The notes: generated by a model from the letters alone, not told the origin. Positions 1-15,242 are shown, counted from the first letter of the stretch. The stretch: 64,000 bases of DNA from Camelus dromedarius (GCF_036321535.1 NC_087437.1:65288001-65352000), one strand, 5' to 3'. Program-made: numbers and translations.

Positions 1-27
1 CTGGCAGGAAAGGAGTAGACACGGTAG
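1..27 (+). CDS. POLQ: POLQ coding exon (~exon 9, 3' end only): (A)GRKGVDTV-G, end of helicase motif VI
   Basis: ct ggc agg aaa gga gta gac acg gta g|gtaagt. Strong donor at 28; phase 1 joins the exon at 5588 to give VGESIL. Confidence 0.9.
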
Positions 28-699
28 GTAAGTGAGTTTGAATTTTACAACAGCATTGCTGAAGGACAGTGTCAGTCTACTTGAAATTGAATGGCCACTC
101 ATTTCTCATCATGGTGTATTTCTTTGTTTTCCAAAACACAAATGTCATCCTTTTGGATTTACTTAATATTTATAATGAGTGTAAGTTATAATTTTCATAT
201 CAACTATTGATTTTTCTACTAATGTAGTAGTATGTCAATCAAGATGACATCACATTAGCTGGAAGATGACTTTTAATTTCCACTGTAGTCTGCTCTTTAG
301 CACTTATGAAGGGATTCTTTTTAATGGGTATTCTGTTTAGGTGACTGGTCTAAGTTCAACTAGGGATGCTGAGAGTTGGGAAGTACTCTCACAGTTTTGG
401 AATAGGAACTCCATTTACTATCTTTCTTTTTTTAAATTGGCACTGGCTTTAAAAACACTTTCCCAGTTTGTTATCTTGTGTCAGTGAGTAATGATAATAT
501 TATCAGCAATGCATACCGAAGTTTTGTCTTAAGCAACAGGGAAGAAGCTTGTTTGAATTAATATTTGCTGCTATCTTGATTTTTATTTCTAACTTGCTAC
601 ATTATTCTGGGTGTGACTAAATTGTTGAGTCTTCTAACATTAAAGAACTTTGTGAGGAACATTCTCTGTCACATTTTCTACTGGTTTGTTTTTCCACGT

Positions 700-1018
700 T
701 GAGTAATGTAGTTTCTGTCTTGTGGCATAAAATGGCTACTCCATTCTCTGTCATCACATCTGCACTTCAGCCATCAGGAAAGAGAAATGAGGAAGTAAAA
801 GGCACATCCTGCCCTTTAAGGGCACTTCCCAGAAGTTGTACATGTCTCCTCACATACAGTTGGCCAGAACATAGTCACATGTTTACGTTCCCCAACTACA
901 AGGGAGACTGGTGAATATAATCTAGCTGAGTGGCCATGTGCTTAACTAACATTTAGGGGTTTTATTAAAGGGAGAATGAGAGAATGGCTATTAGTAGCAA
1001 CCATCAATCTCAGCCCCA
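700..1018 (-). mobile_element. Old MaLR (MLT1-like) LTR fragment
   Basis: Resembles MLT1 segments (ttggccagaacatagtcacatg...caactacaagggagactgg); boundaries approximate. Confidence 0.6.
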
Positions 1019-1597
1019 GTAGCAAATGATTCATCTATCTATAATTCCTGAAGGGCCATTGGTCTGACTCACGTTTAAGCCTTAAAAATTTTGATGATTT
1101 AAAAACTCTTCCAGCTCATTGGATTTCTCCTACTCTAGGCATGTCTCTTACCTTACCTATGAAATATGCAGAGTACATGTATGTGTTTAAAAAGGATGGG
1201 AGGAAGAGACTGACATTCCCTCCTCATTCCTAACTGCCTCCTTCTGTCCTTCCCCCAGTTCAGATTTCTCAGTAGACTCAACTCTCAAGAGTGGAGTATA
1301 AGTTCATTTTACACAGATACTCTTATTTCAAAGTCAGAGGGTCTTTAAGGTAATGTAGAAGATAAGGAGGTTTTATTTGCCTTGCTACGTTCTTAGCTTG
1401 TGCTTGTTTCTCTTGGGGAAGAATAATTGGAAGGTTGGCGCCTTGTGCTAATATCTAACCTTAAATTAGATAACATTCAAACAAAACTAAAATATATCAT
1501 ATTAATTTTGTTTCAGAGGTCTTGGAAACCTTTGAGATTGACTTTACATAATGCTCCATTTCAGAATGACACATAGCTTGCTCAAACTTCTTTAAGT

Positions 1598-1710
1598 GAG
1601 GAGGGTATAACTCAAGTGGTAGAGCGCATACTTGCCATGCATGAGGTCCCAGGTTCAATCCCCAGCGCATCCTCCAAATAGAAATAAATGAACAACCCCT
1701 CCCCCCAAAA
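1598..1710 (+). mobile_element. tRNA-derived SINE (camelid Vic-1-like)
   Basis: A-box taactcaagtgg, B-box ggttcaatccc, A-rich tail; perfect 14-bp TSD aaacttctttaagt (1584-1597, 1711-1724). Confidence 0.9.
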
Positions 1711-2574
1711 AAACTTCTTTAAGTAGGGGAATGTGTAAATATAGAGTTTCATATCAACTATGAAGATTTATATACTTGGTCATGTTTTTTGGACTATGTA
1801 GCATCTTTTTTGCTTCTGTGCATAAACCTTTGTAGTTCCTGTGCAAAAGACAGCTTAAGTAATGTTAATATTTCCTAAATAGTTCATGGTGTTTTATTTA
1901 GATGACTCTTTAATCTTTTGGTGGATTTCTTGGAACCTTGTAGTGTATGGTGATGGTGCTTTGTGCCAAAACAGTGATTTGCAAGTTAAATAGTTTGTAG
2001 ATCTATCTATAGCAAATCTATGAATAGTTTGATTCTAATTGACTTCTCTATTATGATTCAGATACAGCCTCCCTAGGCAGATGAGAACAGGGACTTGGAT
2101 ATATATACTGGCATTAATTTGGCCATTTTCTTACATCTTGCTCATCCTGAAAAAGGGTTATCTATTTTGTTGAAGAATCAAAGCCTGAAAGAGGTTTAAA
2201 CAGCCCGAAGTGACTTTTTACTTTGTTGCTAATGCTAATTGATCCATTTTCTAGGTAGTTTATAAATCTTAAGCTGGGCTATTTTATAGTCATTGCAAGA
2301 GCCAGGTGATATATTTATTCACTTGGTTTTTGTTTGTTTGTTTTGATAGTACCTATATTTTTTGTAATTATATCTGAGATAAATAACCAATGATCATGAC
2401 ATTTATAGTTCCTTATATTTTTTCTATCTTGATTCTCAATTTGGCCATCAGTGCTAGGAAAGCATCATCTGTTTTTTTCTCTCAGCCTGGGTAATTATTA
2501 CACTCCACCACAATGCTACTTTCATTTCTTTTTTTTCTCTAATGCAAATGGCCTTCATTTTGCCCCTTGGACAT

Positions 2575-3211
2575 TAGTGTTGTTAGGAAAAGAAAGATTG
2601 CTTTATTCAGGAGGCTGGCAAGCTGGGGAGAATGTGGACTCATGTCCAAAAGCCAACTGTCCTCCTGCTGATCAGGGGCAAGAGCTTTTAAAGGGGTTTC
2701 AGTGGTGTATAGGTGGAAGGAGGGGGCTACATGCAGAAAGCACAGTCAGCTCTGACGGTCATCTTGAAATTTAGTCATGTGGTGGTCTGATCAGTGTCCT
2801 CTTGATTGATCTATGTACAGTTAATCTTCAGTTTCGGGATTGGTTTGTTCACATTTCTTTGAGGCCAATTCTTGGAATTGTGTAAGATGAAGCAGCTTGT
2901 ATCATGTCTACAGTCTGGTCATCATGCAGTTAACTTCTTCCACCTGCTAGGGGTTTCAGTATCTACAAAACATCTCAAAGGTTATGGCTCAGAATATTAT
3001 CTATGGTCCTTGAGGAGGAACTAAAGGTCTTTAACTTTGTTTAATGACTCGGATATTATTATATGGTCCTGTTTGACTGGTTTCCTTTGCTTCTGCATTT
3101 TCTCACTTCTCTGATTAAATTTATCCTTTGGCTAAGACAAAAGGCAGGCCCAGGACATGGGGGCCGTAGATTCTATCCTGGGAAGGCCTCATAGGGTCCT
3201 GTTCCATTTCA
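2575..3211 (-). mobile_element. ERV1-type solo LTR
   Basis: ctttatt (reverse AATAAA) near the left end, ends ...catttca; candidate 4-bp TSD acat. Resembles the neighbouring LTR at 3476. Confidence 0.7.
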
Positions 3212-3475
3212 ACATCTTATTTACTGCTTCCTTTCCCCTACTATTAGATTCATTTTCAAAAAAAAAAAAATTACAATTTTCTCTAGTGTTAATTGTCGTA
3301 GTGTTTATGTTTGTATAAATTGAATATTTGAATGTTTTTAATTTGTAAGTGCTTTCACATATTTTTGTTGATTTGATTATTGCAGTAACCTAAAGCATTT
3401 AGATTAGTGAATGTTATAATGCGATTTCTAGTTATGCATTAGTATTTTTGATTGTATATTATCATCATGTATAAC

Positions 3476-4750
3476 TTATTGAACTCAGGTTTTACCACTT
3501 GCTACATGACAGGCCAGAAGTTGAGTGACAAGGTGTTGAGTCAAGGAAAGCAACTTTATTCAAGAAAGTCAGCTAACCAAGAAGATGGTGAACTAGTTTC
3601 CTTAAAAACTATCTTAACATCTTGGCACAGGCAAAGGGCTTTTAAAGGCAGTGTAAAGGGAGGAGGCTTCAGAGTGCATGAGCAGCTTGTGCATAATTCT
3701 CTGATTGGCACTAAAAGGTGAAGTTTTGAACATCCGTAGTCTTTTGATTTCAACTGGTCTGGAATCCACATGCTTGCAGTCAGCATTTTTTATCTGGTGG
3801 GGGACTGCTTCCTATTTAAAAATCTTAGGAATGTGTGTCAGACCTTTCATCTATATCTGTCAGAGAACTGGGAGTTCAGTGACTCTGCTATGTGGCTATT
3901 TTATAGTTTAAATTGTTACCAGGCCCAACGGCTATTCTTTGTTTCTACACCTTCACATTTCCTAATCATTAACTCTTTTTTTTAAACATTTTTTCATTGA
4001 GTTATAGTCATTTTACAATGTTGTGTCAAATTCCAGTGTAGAGCACAATTTTTCAGTTATATATGAACATACATACATTCATTGTCAAATTCTCTTTCGC
4101 TAGGAGCCACCACAAGATCCTGTATATATTTCCCTGTGCTACACAGTACAATCTTGTTTATCTGTTCTACACTTTGAAATCCCAGTTCCTTCCCACCCCT
4201 CATTCCCCTGGCAACCACAAGTTTGTATTCTATGTCTATGAGTCTGTTTCTGTTTTGTATTTATGGTTTTTTTTTTGTTTTTTTTTTTTTTAGATTCCAC
4301 ATATGAGCAATCTCATATGGTATTTCTCTTTCTCTTTCTGGCTTACTTCACTTATAATGACATTCTTCAGGAACATCCATGTTGCTGCAAATGGCATTAT
4401 GTTGTTGGTTTTTATGGCTGAGTAGTATTCCATTGTATAAATATACCACATCTTCTTTATCCAGTCATCTGTTGATGGACATTTAGGCTGTTTCCATGTC
4501 TTGGCTATTGTAAATAGTGCTGCTATGAACACTGGGGTGAAGTTGTCATTTTGAAGTAGGGTTCCTTCTGGATATAAGCCCAGGAGCGGGATTCCTGGAT
4601 CATATGGTAAGTCTATTCCTAGTCTTTTGAGGAATCTCCCTAATCATTAACTCTTGAGCCAGCCTTTTGAGACTCAGGGGAGACCTGTGAGACTAAAGCA
4701 AAAGCCTTTTATTTCAAGGGACAGGGAAACATGGCTGGTATGCAGTTTCA
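3476..4750 (-). mobile_element. ERV1-type solo LTR interrupted by an L1
   Basis: ctttatt signal, ends ...gtttca; 4-bp TSD taac (3472-3475, 4751-4754). Confidence 0.72.
3978..4638 (-). mobile_element. Young 5'-truncated L1 (ORF2 C-terminus and 3'UTR)
   Basis: ORF 4290-4532 MFIAALFTIAKTWKQPKCPSTDDWIKKMWYIYTMEYYSA is the L1 ORF2 C-terminus; perfect 17-bp TSD cctaatcattaactctt (3961-3977, 4639-4655). Confidence 0.95.
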
Positions 4751-4845
4751 TAACTAGTAATAATTTACATCTGTGTTTTTCTTTATAGTTTTCAAAATAT
4801 CTATGACTATTATATACTTAATTATTCAATAACAGTAGTTAATCC

Positions 4846-5421
4846 TGGAAGGAAGGAAAAAAAACTTTTCCTCTACCCTCTTAAGTCACTGGCTAGTGCC
4901 TGCAAATTAAACTGGCAAATGACAGATTAACAGGAAAAAAGACATACATTTTTTACTTTACGTTAATATTTAATTTTTTACATACACAGAGGCATTAATT
5001 GAAAAGAAGTGACTATCCAAAGAAGCAGTTAGTTGCTGGGGGCTTATAAACCCTTTTAACAAAGGGTGATAAATTGTAGAGATGTGAGAAGACAAAGGAA
5101 AAGGGGTTTGGGCTTCTAGGAGTGATACATTGTGGGAAGGTACATATATTCTGGAAATTAATGGAAGTTAAGGTATATTAGTAAGGTTTAAGTACATCCA
5201 TCTAAGTGCTGACTTTTTGTCTCCAGTGATAAAAATGGTCCTTCTGCTATGAGAGACAGGAAGGGGAACACCTTCACAAAGAGAAATTTATGTCCTGCTT
5301 CTAGGCAAATAGAGAGGGCAAACAGCTCTTTCTATGTTTGCTGCTTCCCAGTTTCCTTCAGATCAAAATAATCCTTATGCCAAAGTGGCATATAATATAT
5401 AGCATATTTTGATCCTCTTCA
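4846..5421 (-). mobile_element. MER34-like ERV1 solo LTR
   Basis: TG...CA ends, TSD atcc; reverse strand starts tgaagaggatcaaaatatg...atgccactttggcataaggattattttg. Confidence 0.78.
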
Positions 5422-5529
5422 ATCCAAAATTCAGAAAATAAAAACATTACTGATAATTTTATGACCATAACAACCACTATCATCTGTTTTCTCCTTTTAA
5501 ACAAGTAAGACAATTTAAATTCTCTTTAG

Positions 5530-5790
<261 letters not shown>

Positions 5791-7117
5791 TAATTTAGTA
5801 TGTGAAAAGTTGTAGCTTTGTATCTCTTTATGGGATTATTTATAGCCTACTCAAGTCTGAATCTCTTCTATTTTATATAGTTACTTCTTGAAGTTTAATA
5901 TAGCTAATGGTATATCAATCTACTTCAAAGTAGTGGTTTAAATGCCAGATGGTTATTTTTATTTTTTAGATAGTTTTTATAATTTTCTGAGTTTTAAGAA
6001 AAGGTGACAAAAATAGACCCTAGTTCTTCCATCCAGATAATACCTGTTGACATTAAAATAAAATAAAATTACAAATACACAATTAGAAGTTGCAATCTTC
6101 TAAATATGAAAGTATCTAAAATGAAAAATAAAACCTTTTGCTTAGAGTCTCTCAAAGGTAACCCCTTTTAAGTGTTTCATGTATTCATCCAAAAAAGTTT
6201 CTGTTCATATACCAGCATGCCTTGCTATTGGTTTCAGTGCTGGTGCTAGAGGTACTGGTACTGTACTCATTCACTTTTTTTCCCTCTTAGCTGTCAGTTT
6301 GAAAAAAAAAAAAAGAAAAAAAAAGAAGAGTAATTGATAGCATAAAGTAGGTAAGAATGTAGAAAGTAGGTACTTTCACGTACTGCTGAAACTCTTTTTG
6401 AGGGCAACTTGGCCATAACTACTAGGATTAAAAAAAAATGCACGTAGCCATTTATCCAGTAGATTCACATCTGGGAATTTTCCCTGGGGATATATTTGTG
6501 AAATTTTATCAAATTAAACATACAAGAATATTATAGCTTTTTGGTTATGAGAAAAAAAACTAGAAACAACCAAAATACCATTAATACATTATAACGGGCT
6601 TTGCTGTCATTAAAAAGAATGAGATAGCTCTATTTAGGATGCTTTAATATGGTTCCAATATATATTAAATGAAAGAAAGTAAGAGGCAGATTAGTGTACA
6701 TAATAGAACAGTCGTGGGTAAATGATATCCACAAGACACCACTTTCATCTTTTTCTACACCTATTCCCACCCCTCTTCTAGGTGGGAAGTATTCACTACT
6801 AGCATTCTTATATGCCCACATATTTCAAAAGGAAGAGTTAGAGGAATTTATTTGGTTCATGAGCATAAGCCATCAACACCTTCTTTATATTATATATGTT
6901 AAAATTTATATATATTATTTATGTTGTTAGTTTCTGCATTTCAAATAAATAATGATTTTTCTTTATGAGAAAATGTATCTACTTTTTAAGAAAACTTTTT
7001 ATGTTTTCAGTAGGTGTTACATACATTTATAATGAATGATGGTAGAAGAGTTAATTAAGAGTTTCTATGTTTAGATGCTGATATTTTAAGAGAACAAAAT
7101 AATGTCTTATACTATGA

Positions 7118-7420
<303 letters not shown>

Positions 7421-7603
7421 TAGTGACTTACAGTGTATAAGACTGCTTAGTAAAATGAAACTGACTTTTCAAGCAGTATATCAACTCATTTTTAGTAAAT
7501 CGGTGCTGTGTTCAGCAACATCAGACAATTAGCATAGAGCCTGCTCATGAATATGCATGCATTGGATTCTGTTGGTAAAATTTATCAGCTCCTGAAAGGT
7601 TAA

Positions 7604-7960
<357 letters not shown>

Positions 7961-8636
7961 TAAAAAATCCTGAACATCAGAGATACCCTATGGGAATATC
8001 TTGCCTATTTTCCTTGACTAGGTGGGAATAGAAAAGAAATAGTGAGAAGAGAGTTGTTTTAAAGTAGTAAATTTAATGTTCTGGTGACCCTTTAATCTAC
8101 TTGCCTATCTATTTTCTCCAACTTCCTTTCAAAAAAGATTTGAGGAGATTTATAAAAAAATACGTATTTGAAGATATGTAAGAGAATAGCAAAGGACAGT
8201 TGAGATACCTGGAAATTAAAGTCCATAATGTAAAATTCAAACAAAGTTTGGTACATAAACAAGAGACAAGAATACCATTAAGTCATGTACAATTATTGTG
8301 CCTAACTTTGGTTCTAGGCTGTCTAGCAACTGTAGCAAAGAGGGGGGTTTGGTTAATTTCAATATTCATAAGATTAAAAAAATAGCAGGAGTATTGCATT
8401 TCATTGTCTAAGATAAATTTAGTCCTAAAAAGACACTATGGGACTTAGATTCTTCATAAAAAACCTATGATAAATGCAGTAAGGACTTTTAAAATTTGTT
8501 TACATTAGATAATCTGTTACAGATATTTTTTAAACAAAGATTTTTATAAAAATTGGATAAAATAGAATTTGAAAGCATATTCTCTCAAAAGAACCTGGGG
8601 AGAAATATTTTATTTTGTCAATTAAGTGCAGATGGT

Positions 8637-11050
8637 GGGAAGTGATAATAAGCAAGATGGTGGTATAGGAGATCCCTGGCTGTAGTCCCCATCACAAAAA
8701 CATGAATTAGTAACTATTCATAGTCAAGAACATCTTGCTAAGAATCCCAGAACCTGGTGGTGAGGTTGAGACACTCTCTTAAAGCACAAAAACGAGAGCA
8801 GCCACATTAAAAGACTAAGAGCAGTTGTTTCACTTGGCATGTGTTGCCTTTCTTCAAGCCAGCACACTGAGAGGGATCCCCTGTGCCTACACTTTCTCAG
8901 TGGGGAGAAGAGAGCCAAGGTGGCTGTCTAGTTTTCTCATCCTCAGTATTCTCTGGGAAGCTCACTTCCGTTTTGCCTCACAGAGACCCCTGGGAGAACT
9001 GGCAAGGCTAGACCACCTAGGATCAGCTAGGAACAAAGAACGGGATGGGGCTTACAATGACTAGTGTGTGGATCATGGCAATGGCAGTCATCCTTCCTGG
9101 CCACCTCACCAGAAAGAGGCCAACAAGTGATTCCACTCTCTTGTGGTACCAGAATAATGTCCCCATCTGGCCAAGAAGCAAGGTGAGCAGTTCTGGGGGT
9201 CTAGGGTCCTCAGCTAGTGGCCTGGCTGTAGAGCCCAGCCTGCAGCCCTGCCCTGCCAAGAAGCCAAGCCAGCAGCCCCACGAAACTGCAGAGCTTGCTT
9301 GCAGCCTTGCCTGACCAGGAATCCTGAATGCAGAATATAACCTGGAGTCCTGCATGAACACAGAGTTCATCCTGTGGGCCCAGCCAGCTGTGGAGCACAG
9401 TCTCTTGCTATACCTGAACATGGAATCCAAATAATGGCACTACCTAGCCAGGAGTACAGTCTATTTCTGACTGACCAGAGGGCCCACAAAGAGCCCCACC
9501 CAACCTCAGAGCTCAGCCAGTGAACCTGTCTGACTATGTCAGCCCAACCAGTGACCATGTCTGTCCACAGAGCCCAGCTAGCAGTTCCACTTGACCAGGC
9601 AGCTGAGGCAGTGGTCCTGCCTGAATGCGGAGAATGTCAGTGGCCCCATTCAACCAGAGGTCCTGCCTGCCCTCCTGTGGACTCTACTAGCTGGCCCTTT
9701 GTGGAACCCCAGGCTGGGCTGACTAGTGAAGGTCTTTTTCTGTCAAAGCAAACATGTGAAGATTGGAAGAGGTAACTGAGTTTCCTCAAATGCACAAACA
9801 CCAACACAAAGATGCAAGAATAATGAAGAATCAGGGAAACATGACACCACCAAGGAAACTAATAATGCTCCAATAAACAAACCTAAAGAAATGGAGATCT
9901 ATGAACCGACTGACCAAGAATTCAGAATAATCCCTTTAATGAAGTTTAGTTAACTATAAGAAAACACAGGTAGGCAACTGAACAAAATTAGGAAAATAGT
10001 ACATAAACAGAATGAGAAGTTCAACAAAGAAATAGAAACCATTAAAAAAAAAAAAAAGCCCCCAAACCCAGAAATCTCAGAGCTGAAGAATATAATGACT
10101 GATTTGGAAAATTCACTTGAGAGCTTCAAAAGCAGACTTGATCAAGCAGAAGAAAGAAACCATGAACTCAAAGATAGATCATTTGCAATTATACATACAG
10201 AGGAGAAAAAAAATGGAGAGTGAAAATCCCTGCAAGACTAATGGGACACCGTGAAGTGAAAAAAGTATACACATTATTGAAGTCCAAGATGGAGAAGAGT
10301 GAGAGAAAATGGCAGAAAGTATTTAAAGAAATAATGGCTAAAAACATCCCAAATATGAGGAGAGATATGGATATCTAGGTACATGAAGCTAAGAAAACCC
10401 CAAACATACAACCCAAAAGGGACTTCATTGTGATGCATTATTACCAAACTGTCAAAAGTCAAAGAGTCAGAATTTTGAAAACCACAAGAGAAAGGACTTT
10501 TGTGTATGTATGTATGTATGTATGTATGTGTGTGTGTGTGTGTATGTATTTAAATGGAGGTACTGGGAATTGAACCTAGGACCTTATGTATGCCAAGCAG
10601 GCACTCTACCACTGAGCTATACTATAACCTCCCCCCAGGACCTTTGTTATATACAACCTCATAAGGCTATCAGTGGATTTCTCAGCAGAAACTTTGCAGG
10701 TCTGGAGAGCATGGTATGATATTTTCAAAATATTGAGAGAAAAAAACTGCCAACCAAGAATACCTATCATGCTGTTCTTCAGAAATGAAGGCAAGATAAA
10801 GTTTTTCCCAAACAAAAGCTGAGACAGTTCATCACCATTGGAGATGCATCATAAGAAATGTTAAAGGGAATTCTTCAGGCTGAAAGGATGCCAATTAACA
10901 ATGTAAAAACATTTGAATATATAAACTCACTGGTAAAGGTAAATTTATAATCACATTCAGAATTCTGATTGTAATGGTGGTATGCAAACTTTTATACAAA
11001 AGTTAGACACACATGTTGAAAACAACTATAATTTCAATAATTTGTTCAAC
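8637..11050 (+). mobile_element. L1 5'UTR and degraded ORF1, sense to POLQ
   Basis: caagatggtgg start motif, GC-richer UTR, ORF1-like text from ~9790 (gaagaatcagggaaacatgacaccacc...ctcagcagaaactttgcagg). Confidence 0.85.
10501..10636 (-). mobile_element. Vic-1-like SINE with (TACA)n(CA)n tail, nested in L1 ORF1
   Basis: Reverse A/B boxes; imperfect TSD aggacttttgt / aggacctttgt. Confidence 0.85.
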
Positions 11051-11750
11051 TTTTTTCAGATTCCACATATGAGTAATATCATACAAAATTTGCCTTTCTC
11101 TGTCTGGCTCATTACATGTATTACAGTGCCCTTCAGCTTAACCATGTTGTCATAAATGGCAAGAGTTCCTTCTTTTTTATGGCTGTATGATGTTCCATTG
11201 TATGTATAGTTATAACATACTATTTTAAGCTGATACTTAATTCTATACAAAAACTCTGTACTTCTCTACCCCTTCATGTTTTATGTCACTGATACTACAG
11301 TTTACATGTTATCTTATGTATCCATTTCTTCAAATGTTCTTTTCCTTTCTTTCTTCTGCCAGCTTTTATCTACTGTTTAGCTCTATAATGAATAGTTCAT
11401 TTCAGTTGTACTTTTTAGCTCCAGAATTTCTATTTGGCTCTTTTTTGTCATTTCTGTTTACTCATATTCTCTACTTGATGAGACATTGTCATCATACCTT
11501 CCTTTACATCGTTTAACATGGTTTTCTTTTGACCATACTTATACTGTCTGCTTTGAAGTCTTTGCCTGGTATTTCCAACATCTGGAATCTCTCAAAGAGG
11601 TTTCTTTTGCCTACTTTTTTTTTCTGTGTTTGAGACACACGTTGTTGTTTCTTTTCATGTCTCATTGTTATTTGTTGTTGTTGTTGAATCCCAGATACTT
11701 TAGATAATATATTGTAGCAACTTTGAATATTGATTCCTCCTCCTCCGTTT
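11051..11750 (-). mobile_element. Antisense L1 fragments (3' end piece followed by an older ORF1-region piece)
   Basis: cagattccacatatgagt... L1 3' motif, then ctccagaatttctatttggctc-type reverse ORF1 text. Confidence 0.65.
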
Positions 11751-12055
11751 TCTCAGAAGTCATACAAAATACTTAAGATTGTATTTAACATCAGAATATT
11801 GAGATTAAAAGTGCCTATGATGAAAGTTCTTGGATTCTGTAAAATCCAGCTTGTATGCTTAATGGTTTCTTCCTTTTCCCTTGTCAGTGAGTTGTTTATG
11901 ATTAAATTAAGTTTTCACATAAATGAAGCATTATCCCATTTAGAAAATTTTCCAAATACCGAGGCTTTTGTTTTTATCAAGAAGTGTATATTTACAATTT
12001 TGTCTCTCTTATAATGCAATAGTTCCAGGTAATGGATGATTCTGCTTCCCTTTAG

Positions 12056-12250
<195 letters not shown>

Positions 12251-13059
12251 TAAATATCAAGGAACCTGGACTATCCAATATTTAACACAGTATTTGATAT
12301 GCAATAGTTGTCCAGTTTATTGTAGTCACTTTCAATGTCATTAAAATCAAAGTTTTGGCTAAGTATAGTAAAATTTTTCCATTTCCTGTATTTACTGAAT
12401 TTATTGGTATTTCAGTTTCTTCCTTGTGGCTTATAAGATGCCATTTATCAAGACTTTTAAAAGTAGAACATTTAATTACTTCCTTTCCTTAAAGAAGATG
12501 TGACTTAGAACGGCCAACTTAGTGTGGCTCAATTTGAAGGTATGCTTTGTATCATCCTTAGAAGTGATTCATTACTGATTCATTACCTGTAGGGAAGAGC
12601 CAGTTAAAAAGATTCAGGTGGGGAAATTGCACAGGCTTTATCTTCTTTGAAATATAATACAATTATTTTTCTTACAGTATTAGTCTTTAGTATATTATTT
12701 ACATCATAGTCAAGTGAAAATTTTGTAAGGATTTATATACTTGAATTATTTGTGGCACAATTGCCTTTCACATTAAAACTTTTTTATAATCAAATTTTGA
12801 TTGAAATATGATTAGATGGTATAACTGTGTATCAAGTGTTCTTTTCAATTTTTGTGCCATCACATTTCTTGAGCCAAGTTTTATTTATTAAAATTAATTA
12901 GCAATAGTGAAATATGGAAGAAATCTTTTTGTTATATAGATATTAGTTTTTTGCTATAGTACTAATGTTATGTCAGAATTTACTTTACAAACATTGAGGT
13001 CTTTGTCCACTAATCCTGTATCCTATTATAGGAACTGTCTCACTTTCTCAGAGGTGTAA

Positions 13060-13377
<318 letters not shown>

Positions 13378-14518
13378 TAGGCTTCTCTAAAAGTTAGGCG
13401 GCTGTGTCAAGCCATAATTTTGTATAGCCCCTGTTACCATCAGAACACCTAAAACTACAACTCTTCTGGACTTTGTTACATTATTACAGGAGACTGACAG
13501 CTAGCCGAGTATCTAGACCTTAGTCCCCTTCCATTCCTTAGCAGTCTGCTTACCATCCGTCTCTCTTTTTTTTGCCTGTTGTAAGAGGAAACAGATCCAG
13601 TTCTCAGTGGTCTTCCTTTTATCATCAGGTTACTGATTAATACTTGTTATTGAGGAGGATGGCAAGTGAAGAGGGATTTCTGGACTTCTATTTCACTGCT
13701 CTAAATATCATCTCTTTAAGAAAATACCAGTTTCCCTTAATAAAATTATACTCCTATCCTGTAAGCTAGGCAAACAAGGGAAGTTCTAGGTCTGATTTTA
13801 TCAAGAACACTTTAAGCCCTAAGGAAGGAAACCCTGGGTTGCTAGAGAGTGTATTTATATGTGTAGTTTCATTGTGAAGGTGTGTGGAGGGGAGAATACT
13901 GAGGGAAAGATGAGAGGGTGATGAGAAGGGAGACTTACTGGTATCAACTCACTGGTATCAAAGATCTCAGATTACATCTAGGGTTAATGTTCTCATAGGG
14001 AAATAATTTTCTTAATGACTTGACACTTGGCTGCTCTGGCCTCTTTATTTCAGGAGGGTATAGCTATTGAGCTAGGCAACTTTTTTTTTTTAAAGAAAAT
14101 ATCAATGGGAGCTTCACTCTATAAATAATCCTCTCAGCACTTGGCTATTTGAATCAGCTCTCTTGTTTTCTTCTGGGTAGAAAGAGTTCTTTACCTGTTT
14201 TAAAGGTTGTTTCTTCCTTAAAAAAAGGAGAGAGTGAGAAAGAGGAATGAACTAGAGTGAGAGCTTTTTGTTTGTTTTGTGTTTATGTGCTCTGCTTCCG
14301 TTTTTTTCATATGTCAAGTTATTGATTAAGAATGAATGAGGTAACATTCAATGTGTTTACACATTCATTGCCCATTTAGCTAGACCCTTAGTATATGTCT
14401 ACTCTCCTATTAATTTACACCTTCGGCCTGTTAAACTTAATGATTCTGCAGGAAAAAAAAATAGTGAAGCAAAAATACACCTCAAGAAATGGAGAATTGG
14501 TCTATACAGAATTTTTAA

Positions 14519-14791
<273 letters not shown>

Positions 14792-15192
14792 TAAGGAAGT
14801 CCCCTATCTACATAGGGTTATTAAGTGGAAAATCAGGTCAATTTGTAAATAACAGATAATGTATTAAAATATTTTTCTCTTAGATAATACCATATCATAC
14901 TTGGGGTAAGTAGAAGAAAATGTGGCTGCTTTTCCCCCCTTGAAGTTTCCTTTTTTTGTATATTTAAAATGTATTTTATGACTTTAAAGACATTATCTTA
15001 ACTCTCTCCTAGAAAGATTAAGCAAAGCTAAGTTACCAATGCTTTCTGCATTGATGGACTTTAGTTCTCAGTATATATCCAGGGCTCATCTTAGACTTTC
15101 TTCAGGCAAGAGCACTTTATAAATGTACTCCTTTTGACTGTTCCTTGAAACACTAGTCCTCAAAAACAGTTTGTGAGAAGACTCCTTGACTA

Positions 15193-15225
<33 letters not shown>

Positions 15226-15242
15226 TGTGTGTGTGTGTGTGT
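15193..15242. repeat. (GT)n microsatellite
   Basis: About 25 GT units with one interruption. Confidence 0.95.

Noticed and set aside
24..33. Alternative donor at 24 (gtaggtaagt)
   Set aside because: It would break phase with the next exon, and the donor at 28 is a perfect gtaagt.
1598..1675. tRNA-Ala gene
   Set aside because: It has A/B boxes but also an A-rich tail, a TSD and several diverged copies in the window, so it is a SINE.
8724..9775. Cluster of overlapping ORFs on both strands (up to 135 aa)
   Set aside because: They lie in a GC-richer L1 5'UTR where stops are rarer; no recognisable protein.
14053..14070. SINE head (ggagggtatagct)
   Set aside because: Only ~13 bp match, with no B box or TSD; could be chance.
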